Both the position numbers and the translations under genes were made by a program. Shown here one piece after another: positions 25,334-36,600 of a stretch of DNA of 64,000 bases. Numbering within the stretch: the first letter of the stretch is position 1; every line of letters begins with the position of its first letter. Origin of the DNA: Azolla caroliniana (taxonomy: Eukaryota > Plantae > Polypodiophyta). The notes beneath the pieces were generated by a model. The model had not been told where the DNA came from. It worked only from the letters and a program-made list of their open reading frames with translations, and searched no databases. The DNA lies in contig JBHGNT010000013.1 in NCBI GenBank assembly GCA_043228905.1, positions 15,066,001-15,130,000 on the forward strand, in the 5' to 3' direction.

Positions 25334-27371
25334 TAAAGAAGAATCTCCATATTTGATACCTCCACCTCATACTCTTCTCTTCCAAATCCCTTCACCTCCT
25401 TCACCTCCTTCATCTTCATCCCTGATGTAGCCCCATGGTGGTAGAGTGAGCTTCTATGGAGTCTTCATCATGGGCGTTTCTAGAGTATCGAGATGATGGG
25501 CTGACTAAAGAACTTGTTTCTTACTGTTTCGTGGGAGCCATTACATTACTTTCACCAAGCTTATTGATTGTTGTTTCTTGCTGAGATATCCTCTCCTTTC
25601 CTGAACAACTTATCTATCCTAATAAAGTATTGGAATGGTACACTATGAAATTGTATTTCTATGACCTTTAAGCGTATTGGTTTTGGTGGTTGTCTATGTG
25701 TATAGCTGAAATAAGTAGGTCTTCTTGGCATTATGAGGAAAATATTACTACATTACGGTGTTTTAAGTGGGCCAAAATGGCCTGTACAAACAAACAAAAT
25801 ATTGTAGCAATTAAGTAGATTTCAAATGTTGATAATCCGGCAGTTGTTGTTCGAGAAATTATTGTTCAATACATGACCTTTTTCTATTGGGAGCAATTTC
25901 GACAGTTTTGAAATTATATGTAAATATATGTGAAATGCATGCACACCAAAATATATTCCTCGTGAAATGGAAAAGTAAATTAGTAAATTTCAGCATGGAG
26001 GTTGACTACAAGGTAAATTTTTTGTCAACTTTATTAACTTTGGAGAAATGTTATTAGGCTTAAATTCCAACTTAGATATATTAAGATTTAATTTGTGTTC
26101 ATTTGCATGTAACAAGAGGTACAACATTGGCTACATTGATGAAATATGAAAAGAAGAAAACATTTTGGGGTTTAGTAACACATTGCACTAAGTGAAATAT
26201 GGTTCACTCAAAGATTTCTAATTATATCTACAAAATACTATGTGATGTTATACATATACATAACTCTTTTATGATCTTCATATGTTATATTACGCTTAGG
26301 CAAATATTTCCTTTTGCATAGATTATGTCACAAATATCAATATTCTCGAGATTTTATTTTATTTAGTAAACTTCTCATCTTATAAGCAAAATTTGTTAGC
26401 CTCTTTGTTAGTGTTGCATTTTTAAGGGAATGGTATTGTGTTTTACAGCCATTTTCTTAGGAGCAAGTTGTTAGTGTGCAACCCTAAAACCTAATGTAGA
26501 ATTGATTCCATTACTTTCCTCTAATATAATGAATTAATGTTTTTTTTGAAACATCATTTGAACCTTAGCTGAAATGGTGGTTTGATTTGAAACATATTTC
26601 ATTATTATAGTAAGTTAGTTTTGCATTTGTATTTTTGTTGCACACTATATAATTTAACGAAAAGGTGCACGAGAAAGAAATGTTGTATTGCCAATAGTGT
26701 GATTGATATGTAGCACATATATTGATTGATAAGCTTCAAATATTGAATCAATCATATGTTAATCTCTTTCTCATTGATGGGAGGAATACATTACTATACA
26801 TGCAAGAATCAATTGCTAGTTGCAAAACCAAATGTCGAAACCCTAAAAAAGAAAGAAGTTGAAGAAGAAGAAAACCTAAATGACCCCAAAATTGACCAAT
26901 AAGCAAAATAAACCCTCTTCTCACTAAGAGAAGAAAAAAGATTTGAACTTTGCACCTAATATATGTAAAAAATAACTCTAATCACTAAACCATAAACTTT
27001 TAATATTGCTTTTATTAATTACTTTATTAATTATTCTAACATGGTTAGGTGGTTGGGCGACCTACAACGGTCAGGGTTGGGTGACTGAGGACTTAGAGTT
27101 GGGCGACCTCTGACAGCTTTTTTTCCGCGCGTTTTTTTTTATCCAAATTTGGCGGTGCAGATCGAACGTGCTACTAGCTGAGCGACCTACACCATCGGAG
27201 CTACCAAATCATAAATAGGGCTGGTGAGGGAATCACGACCACAGACGATGTAGATTGCTTAGTTGGTGGCGCGTGCGATTTGCACTGTCCAATTTGGATA
27301 ATAGAAAAATGCTCGACCAAAAAAGTTGTTAGAGGTTGCCCAACTACCTATTGCAATCACCCAACCTACGT

Positions 27372-28245
27372 TGTCGTGTGGCGCGTGACACACGTGCCAA
27401 ACTTCGGGATGTGCACATCACATGCGCGGACAAGCATCGAGCCTCTATCCGCTAGTGGTTATGGAGGATTGATGATGGGATTTCTGCGCCTATGGGTCGG
27501 TCGAATGGGACCACCAAGGTCTTTGATCGGGGAGAACGAATCGGGTGAGTTGTGCCTATAAGGAATTGGCCGTTTAGGTTTATCATCAAGTCGTCCTTTG
27601 TTGTCGAAGACGCGCCCGAACCCGACTCAACGGTGCGGTGGATTAACGTGTAGGCAACTAAAGTAACGCACTAATGTGGTTGAGAGTGTGTGAGAGAGAA
27701 TTCCAAACACAGGTTTGAACCCTTGACTTTAATTTAGAGAAACAAGACACATTGCCAATGAGATAACTAAGATTTATTAATTATTATTGATTGCATACAT
27801 TGCTTGCTTGATCCATAGATTGATTGATTCCCCTCTTATATAGATGCCCCCATGCATATGTGCATGTGAGGGTGTAAGACATGCATGATTGCCATTTGGC
27901 ACTCATGCATCACATGTGATGCATGATGACCATGTACCTCATCCAAGCTTTCATGTATAAGCATTCATATGTAAAATGTACAATAAAGAAAGTAAGGAAA
28001 TTACCTAGTTTAATGGTATGTCAATTGCTTCCTAACTTAGAGGTGTAAGGTTCAAAACTTTACTTGCACCTCATTGTATGCCACTAGGCCCTAAGCTTAT
28101 ATTTTATATTTCGTGTAATGAACACCTAAACACACATCACACGTACACATTAACCATCACCCCTTTTATACATGTGCATATTGCACCTTCTCGGTTTCCC
28201 CCGTTTCACTCGACTTTCACACTGTTGCCGAAAATCTCCACGACA
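27372..28245. mobile_element. Solo-LTR-like insert 2 (874 bp) with two divergent tRNA-like units
   Basis: Ends are TGTCGTG / CACGACA with a 4-bp TSD ACGT (27368-27371 and 28246-28249). Removal restores the MULE subterminal repeat. It shares its core and right end with 21010-22056. Confidence 0.85.
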
Positions 28246-28739
28246 ACGTATTGTGGTCGCCCAACCTACCTTATTTGTGGTCGTCCAACCCATTCAGTGT
28301 GGACGTGTCGCCCAACCTTTTAATCAAGTCGTCCAACTGCATGTATCCTCAAAGTAAGTTTGTCTCTACGTATTCTGCTTTTTTTTTATGTGGTTGGCTT
28401 TTTCATGTCAAGGGATTAGGGTTCGGGAGAATGTTTTGGTTGATATTATGATATTAGTTTGATATAATGGCTTGAGATTAGAATGTTAGGGAGAAGGTTT
28501 AGGGTTTAGGGTGATGGTATGATTGTAGAAATTGTTTAGAGTTTGGCTTGATACAGTGATTAGGTTTATTCTCAAAAATTGTTTAGAAACGGTTTAGAAT
28601 ATGTTTAGGTTATTGATCATTAGAGATCCATTAGAGATGTGTGATGTTTTACGGTTTAATGCTTGATATTAGAATGATGGTTTCCCCTAATAGTGGTAAT
28701 GATGTGTGATGCATTTATGCTGACTAATGATTTGTTAAA

Positions 28740-30420
28740 GGGGTTTCACTAGAAGACATTGGAGAAGTTGTGCAGTCGACAGTCTAAGGGTGGGGAGAGC
28801 ATGGATAAGGAACTGGTGGTTTATCGTCCTCGGATCGAGCCCATACAGCCCATGGCATCATTCGACAAAGATGCTCCTCCAAATGTATTATGTCAATCTC
28901 TATGTAACAAATGGTCTGGCATATCTAACACATACACAAACAACAGATGTTCCTAGCCCAGACTTGTTGTATAAGGTTGGAAGAGTGACAAATGGGAACA
29001 AGGCTCGTGCATGTATCGTGGCTGAGTATTGCCGGCTCTCGCCAAGGTGGTATCGCAAAAAATGCGACATGGAAACACATTTACACAGGGCACATGGAAT
29101 TGACATAGTTCTACCACAAGGGATGCAGACAGAGGAGGAGGAGGGTACTTTAGGGGCATGCTTCAATAGCTACAAGTGTTAGAGATCACTCAAAAGATTC
29201 ATGAACCCCGAAATCAAGTACCATAGAAATCAACAATCATACATCCGGAAGTTGAAGGTTAGGGCTGTTTCGAGGCTCAACTCTATTCCCATTGAACTTC
29301 AACTTAAATCTTGACACAGAGGCAGAGTTTGTGGCACGATTTATGGACACCATGAGATGACGATCTACGACTCCAAAAAGGATGAGCGGTTGGAGATGTT
29401 GTAATAGAAGGATTGCATCTGGTTTGGATTCTTATGTAAGTATGTGCAAGGATTTCATTCGTGATATGTGTAACATGTGTCTTATTGTGGTGAAATAGTG
29501 TAAAAAGGCGGGGATATCCACCAAAGAGGGTGGTGTGTCCACTGATGTGGGTGAGGCTCTAAACTCATCCGATGTGTCTACGCCACCGAGATGAAGACGA
29601 TCAAAAATGCCAGTTCGATGGAAGGAGGTGGAGTCAAACACTGATGATGTCCCCCTAACATCATATTCAGATGATGTTGCATCAGATGTGGCCACGATAC
29701 AAATTGAGCACACCAAGGCCATCAGAACGTAGATCCAAACACCAGACAAACATTTTTCTAGGTTGTTTATTTGTGTTTGTCAATTTGTATCCTACTAACC
29801 GACATTAAGTTTGTTTTAATTCATGATACATGCATGTTTCTATGCATACTGGTACCAGCTAACCTGTGGACGACTTGATATGGCCGTTGACGTCACAGAG
29901 TCAGAACTTGACACCATGTGCAAGGATGGAAAAATGGCATCAACATGGATGATGACATTATTCACCATGGCAGCTACACAAGCAAACGACGAAGGGGCAA
30001 GACATCCTTGGGAAGGTGACCGAGCATGATTTCATCTTCATTCCGATCGTGGTTCAGGGCCATTAGGTGTTGTCGACAAAAATGCAGCACAAAGTTTCTA
30101 AGCTGACCAACAAAGCAGTCTTCTACAATCCACTAAACAATGCGGCGATTAGCAATGTGTGGAGTCTTGCAGAGATCGTGTTTCGAACCATTTCTAGTGA
30201 ACCGTCAGACCACACTATTGTTCTCGAGGGTCAACATCACGTATTGCACATCCCAACTCAGCCAAATGGTTGGGATTGTGGCTTTTACGTGATGAAGACT
30301 ATACAGATCTTGGTTGAGGAGTTCTTACGAGGATGGATATCTCCGGCTTTTGTAAGTGTAGTTGCAAATGGATGTATTAATATGTGGATTTTGTATACAT
30401 ATTTGATGACAGGGCACTGA
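28740..30420 (+). pseudogene. MULE accessory gene remnant: C2H2-like zinc finger plus Ulp1/C48 SUMO-protease-like domain
   Basis: CIVAEYC...YRKKCDMETHLHRAHG at about 29010-29100. FIFIPIVVQGH*VL (His), VFYNPL (Asp position) and QPNGWDCGFYVMK (Cys) at about 30030-30300. Several stops and frameshifts. Confidence 0.75.
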
Positions 30421-30877
30421 GATGTGGCTCACCAAATACAAAGTGGATTCACTTTGGATTCATGTGGTCCAGAGTGGGCACTGAGGGTACTAGATTTCCA
30501 ACTGCGACCGATGCCCCCCATATTGTAAATTTTGTCATGGCTATCATGGCCACAAATATTTTGTATATAACGGATATTGTAAATATCGTCATATAATTTG
30601 TACCGAGCGGATCTTGTAAATGTGGTATTATATTTTGTTATAGATGAATGTTGTAATTATGGTCCACTCTTTGCATAGCGAGTTGCGACTCATTGTATAT
30701 CAAAAATACATATTAATGGAAAAGTTGTTTATCTCAAGTGTCTATCTATTATAAGTTGATATGCTATTTCAAACTCATAGTGTGATTGTTTCATTGATAT
30801 GTTGTTTCGTTGTTTTTTATTCAAAGATATGTTGTTTTCTCACTCATATTGTGATTTATGTCTATTGTTTTTTACGT

Positions 30878-31240
30878 TGGTCACCCAACCTATTAATCAG
30901 GCCACCCAAATTATATTAATTAGGTCGCCCAACGTGTTAATCAAGTCACCCAACCCTCTTAAAAAACATCTCTTCTCATAAACCAGGTCGCCCAACCTAT
31001 TAATCATGCTACCCTACCTATATTAATCAAGTCACCCAACCCACTTAAAAAACCTCTCTTGTCATAAACCAGGTCGCCCAATCAGTTTTAATATGGTTTC
31101 CCAACCCTCTTATCTAAAATCTCTTCTCATAAACCAGGTCGTCCAACCTATTAATCAAGCCACCCAACCTATATTAATCAGGTCGCGCAATCCTCTTAAA
31201 TCTAACATCTCTTCTCATAAACCAGGTCACCCAACCTGAT
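30878..31240. repeat. Internal array of GTCRCCCAAC motifs in tandem units
   Basis: More than 10 copies of the same motif found in the TIR subterminal regions. Confidence 0.85.
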
Positions 31241-31495
31241 AAAAAAAATGGTCTGAAAAACTATCCTATTAGCGTACAAATTAATCATAGTTTAAGTCAC
31301 TTTAATCAATCCCTAAACCCTCGTTTTAATCAGAGTTGATTCATCCTCCAATTAATTACAGAGGCACACCTAATTCATATTGTCACAGAGGCACATCTTA
31401 TTCATACTCTAGTTAACTACATGACTGTCTTAAATTTTCAATTAATCATATTCTGTTATAGGATTAATCACTAAAAGATTTAGAAGTGATCGAGA

Positions 31496-33270
31496 TGAAT
31501 CCAAATGACCATGATTTGATAACCTCATTGTATGACTATGAGGATGGTTATGCAACTATCGACAACGAGTTGGATTCATCTTTATCCAAAAGTGTTGGCA
31601 TCGTCTACATCCGACGAAGATTGTGAGTCATCTTCATCCGAACCGGACGAGGAGAAGGTTGATCCCTTCATGTACTATTCGGCCAAGTATTTTGCGTTCA
31701 CAAGAGGTACGTACGATTTAATGCTTAAAGACATATCGGGTCAAGTTAAGGTAACGTTCGAAACATTAAGTGCAGTTACAAGGGGTGCACCTCTTAATCT
31801 ACATGCATGGAGGCACATGAAGAGTCGTCTCATGCTTAGAAATGAGAATGTGATATACCTTAAGGCATCACCTAATCTTCAGGTTACTTACGTAGAGAAT
31901 TGGAGAGAGGTACAATATTGGTGTCACATTGTGGCGCATCGCATCGGCCATTGACGAGTACTCTGGAAGAGTTAAAGAGACTTTGGTCCAATGACCTTCG
32001 TGACCATGGGATCCCTACCGCGTATGTGAAAGCACCGTTTGACTGATGTGGTTGTCAAGTTTTGTTGAGGTTAACTCCATCTGACATGGACATGGAGGGG
32101 ACAAGTGTCAAGGTCTAGACCCATAGAAGTGATCGAGATAGAGGCCCATAAGGTAGATGATACACTCACAGATGTTCAAAAGAGGTATCACACACGCTTT
32201 CGTACAAGGGTCGCAAGGGGTGTGCGTGTGACTAGGTATGTTTGTCACCGAGCTGGTGTGCCCATACGACAATATCCGTGCACTCAACGTAGAAAGCCTT
32301 CATCCCGATGTGGGTATACTACTTTCCATGTGGCCGCTCGAAGGAATGATGGGGTTGACCATGGAACCGTGATGGAACCATGACCCTTTCAATATATGGA
32401 CCTCATATGGGTCATGTATCGGGAAGTAGACCGGATGCGTACTAGTTGCCAACACACCCTAATGTTATAAGTTGTTGCAAATATGACCTTTTCGATGTTG
32501 GATGTGCATGAAATGTGGCATGGATGAGCATGCGTAAGGAAGGGTATCATAAGTCCAAGGCTAGTCCATTAGACCTTGTGAGTTATAGGTTCTTTATTAT
32601 ACCAAAGGATGTCCATAACATGGCCAACAAGTTAAAAATTGGGAATGCCATGTTAGAGGTTGATTGGTCTTTGATGATGTAAGATGCCTATGCACTTCGA
32701 GATCTTGGGAAGGTGGCTCACGTCCAACCTTACTTGCTTGGTGAATATGGAGCTCCTACAAGGAAACCGTTCATCTTGGTGCTTCAAGATGAATGGATGT
32801 TAGAGATGTGTGAGCGATGTCAATAAACAACTCTTGGGCAATCGCCTCCACGTTTAAAACAAACCAATTTGGGTTGCCATTATATGTAGTTGTGGCCCCA
32901 AACACCATGGGAATTGGTATCCCATTATGGTACATGATATGTAGTTCTAATAAGGGGTCAAACTATGAGCAAGTCCACGTTTAAACATTTACCAATTTGG
33001 GCTGTCATTATATGTAGTTGTGGCCCCAAATGCCATGGGAATTGGTATCCCATTATGATACATGATATGTAGTTCTGATAAGGGGTCAAACCATGATGAA
33101 GTAGCTTTAGAAACTTGCTTGAGAGTTATATTCACATGGATGCCCGATGTGAGGCCAAATGTGATAGTCATCGATAAAAGTTGGCCATCATATAATGCCA
33201 TAAGTAATGTGGTTGTAGCAGACTGTTATCTTGGATTGTTGCAAATGGGCAAAGGTCACAAACACATTGT
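31496..33270 (+). pseudogene. Mutator-like (MULE) transposase remnant, 3'-truncated, with an internal ~125-bp tandem duplication (32848-33090)
   Basis: WRKY/GCM1-like YVCHRAG...RRKPSSRCG and DDE-domain text STFKTNQFGLPLYVVVAPNTMGIGIPLWYMIC and PNVIVIDKSW. Confidence 0.8.
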
Positions 33271-33529
33271 CGATTTTGGTCGAAATGATACATTTGGTTG
33301 GGTGACCTGCAACGGTCGAAGTTGGGCAACCTCTGACAGGGTTGGGCGACTGAGGACTCAGAGTTGGGCGTTCTCAGACATAATTTTTTTCGCGCGTTCT
33401 TTCTTATCCAAATCGGACGGTGTAGATGGCACGCGCCATCAGCTGAGCGACCTATACACTGCTAGTGTCTGCGATTCCCCTGTTAGCCCTATTTATGATT
33501 TGATGCATAATAGACACGAGCACGAGCGC

Positions 33530-33573
33530 CATACATACATACATGATACATACATACATACATACATACATAC
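33530..33573. repeat. (CATA)n microsatellite; right flank of the MULE-like block
   Basis: Read directly. Confidence 0.95.
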
Positions 33574-33669
33574 TACTTACTCCTCTATACTCCTCTGTTC
33601 CCAGTGATATTGTTCAGTCTCACTAAGTAAGGAAGAAAGGAAGAAGAAGAAGAAGAAGCTGCAGCCACC

Positions 33670-36600
33670 ATGGCTGCCCCAGGGTCCCCTCGAAAGGCGG
33701 AAGCAAAGAAGCCCAAGCAGACACACCTGAAGCCCAAGCAAAAAATTGAGAAGAAGAGCAAGAAGACTACCTTGAACACGAAGAAGAAGAGGAAGATCCC
33801 CTCTTCACCCTCAACACAATCTATGGAGAAGTCTCCTTCGGGAAACAAGATGAATGGAACCCCACAGAAGAGACCCATGAATGAAAATCCTTCTACTGCA
33901 AAGAAGACATGGAACAAGAGCCCTTCATCCGCAAAACAAGCGACAGAAAAGACATCTAAATCGAAGTTTCCTTCAAGCACAAAGATGACTAGTGGTTCCA
34001 AACAGAAGAGAGCTAATCCTTCTGCTGCAAAGCAAACATGGAAAAAGCCAAAAGTCATTCCAAAGGATGCTGCACCTGACAAAAGCGCGAGCCGTCACCT
34101 GTTGCGCAAGGTACTAGTTTTCTGTACTCTGGAGTGTAGTTAATAGCTATAATGCCTTCAGTGAATATGTTAACACGTGCATTATCAGGTTTATAAGTTG
34201 TTTACTATGGTGTTTCATCTTTTTTAACTTCGCAAATGTATGTGCATGCTTATACATCACATAGGCACATTCACACATATCCACGCACACATTTTATGGT
34301 TTCCTATTTCCTCATAAAACCTTACTGAAAGTTTTGTGCTCACCCTTTGACAGAATCTGAAGGAAACCCGACAAAAGAATACAAATCCAAACTTTGAACT
34401 CGGGAAGGTACCCATTTCAAATTGTTAGCTAATGGATTATATTGGTTGAGCTGAATCCATTATTGGATTATATAGGTTCAAAGTTTATAATTGATCTCTT
34501 AAATAATAATGTATGCAGAATATCAGCTATGTTTTTAAGCTTCAATTGAATTGCCCCACATATTTTTTGGACACATGTTTCTCCACAAATGGAAAATACC
34601 TTCTCTTTTTTCTGTAACCATCAAATTATCCTTGTGACTTTTTGCAGGGAAATTTTTTTAATTAGCTAAATTGCATATTGTATCCATGCATAGTGTTATG
34701 GTCATAGCCCTAATTGAGACGTGTCTAGTTACAGCAGGTATCTACATGCAAGAGCTCTCTCACTACGTTTTAGGAATCGAGTGTGTCAGGATGTGATAGT
34801 TTCTCCTGATGCTTTGTGTGATAAAATTAATGATCTCACAATTCTGAGATTGGGAAAGATGAAGATTGCACTTTCAGATTTTTTTCTTTGATGTTTATAT
34901 TCATGTCCTCACTTTATTTCCTGATTATATTTCTATTTAATGTGCCCGTTTGATTTCGTTTTTCTATTTTTTGGGAGCGGGATTTCTATTTATTTTTTAT
35001 GTTTCATAAACTAAAACTATCAGGCCTGCTCCATTTGCTTATGTGATGATGCATTTTCTTGATTTTAAATCAAATTAATGATTGTATTTGTGTATGTACC
35101 TAATTTTACATTCATTCTATTTGACAAACTATCTTAATCACACTGGTGCCCTTGTACTATGTATATATTGCTAATTAATTCTGATATATTTTGCAAGAAG
35201 CTAGGTGCTGTCATCTTATTATATTTTTCTTGTAGATTAGAGGAGCATCTGTGTTTGGCCTATCTACGGTCCTGCTATCTAATATATTAAGTTTTGGAAT
35301 AAAATGTTTGTATGATTAGGTAATTCCCCTAGTTTATATCTGGATATAGATTAGACAATGGCTAATCTTGTTGTGAATATTTTTTAGTTCTTTCTGCTCT
35401 GTTTAGTTTTCTCATTGGCAGACAGCACAGTGCAACTAATTTTTTTTTGTTGTCTTCTTTTCTTGCTAGCGAAGATAAATTTTTTATTTAAACAAAATGC
35501 ATTGCAGATAATTACGATGCAGAGATAGCATGGTTTTTTGCTGATGATATTCTTTCTAAAAATGACTGCAGAGTGCCATTCAAATATAGTGTGCTTATCT
35601 TCGTAAATATCTTCCATAAATGTGTTGAGACTTATGTCATTAATGAGACCTTCATACTTTGAGCATCGACTTGTTCGTAATTTCCTGGGATCAGGATATA
35701 GGGTAGGATTGGCTATGCTCCTTCAAAACATAGCATATGAATCTGGTTCCTTGTGAATCTTGTACAGCTAAGTTTTTGTTCAAATGTTGATGTTTGATTG
35801 TTAAGTATCTGTTGGAGAAAATGTATATGTCTGGACTTTGTGGGTATTTGTTGGAAAAAATGGATATATCTTAACTTATAGGTATCTATTGGAAAAGTAT
35901 GTATTTTCAGATTTTGAAGCATCGCTCCTTAACTTCAATGGTTGATGTGTTTCCTTCAATGCTTCTCTATAGGAAGTGAAAGAGCTATGGGAGAAATTGA
36001 GAACGCGTAACCTGGATGATGCTGAGCGTTCAAGGTCTGTGATTTATTACTCAATTGTAGGATACTTTCACATTCCACAAATTTTAGCTTGAAATGATTT
36101 TATATTGCAGCAAATTTGCGTGAGTATTAATCTCTTGACTGCAATCTGTAGAGTTGCTTCAAAAATATTAGAAAGGATGAAGGGGAAAATTCCCGAAATG
36201 GCAACTTCACATGTTGTGTCACGTGTGTTACAGGTACATCTATACTTACCTGGGGTGTTATTATGTTGGAACATTTTGGCTAAATAAATTTACAAAAAGT
36301 GCTACATTTCCTCTGGCCATTCAAAACCTGAGCACAATTTGAAAGTCTAGTGCGACCTCTTTTTCTTGTGATTTTTATGGTTGAATTAATTCTGATATTG
36401 TCTGACCACAATTCTTATTTCCTTTCTTCATTTAGACATGCCTGAAGTATTGCAGTCCAGATGAGAAAGCATCCATACATAATGAACTGCGACCACATTT
36501 TCTGAATATGGCACAGAATACTTACTCTCATCATCTTGTAACGAAAATGCTAGATGAAGGTGCATTCACTGTTCTAATTTTGCTGTATATGATGCATAGA

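Larger units (their letters stand above)
7117..27197. mobile_element. MULE-like unit A (non-autonomous, TIR-bounded) with nested insertions and cargo
   Basis: Left TIR at about 7130-7290 (gctaccaaatc...gatttgcaccgtctgatttggataaagaaaaaacgc...agaggttgcccaactctgagtcc) is inverted relative to 27045-27197. Both carry GTCRCCCAAC subterminal repeats. Exact termini are uncertain. Confidence 0.65.
27198..33529 (+). mobile_element. MULE-like unit B (decayed autonomous element) with long TIRs
   Basis: 27198-27345 (ctaccaaatcataaatagggctggtgagggaatc...) is the inverted counterpart of about 33355-33505 (...gattcccctgttagccctatttatgatttgatg). It encloses transposase and Ulp1 remnants. Confidence 0.8.

Noticed and set aside
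24941-25430. Val/Met-rich and Ser/Thr-rich ORFs listed in the track
   Set aside because: They are alternative frames of the glycine-rich CSP fragment.
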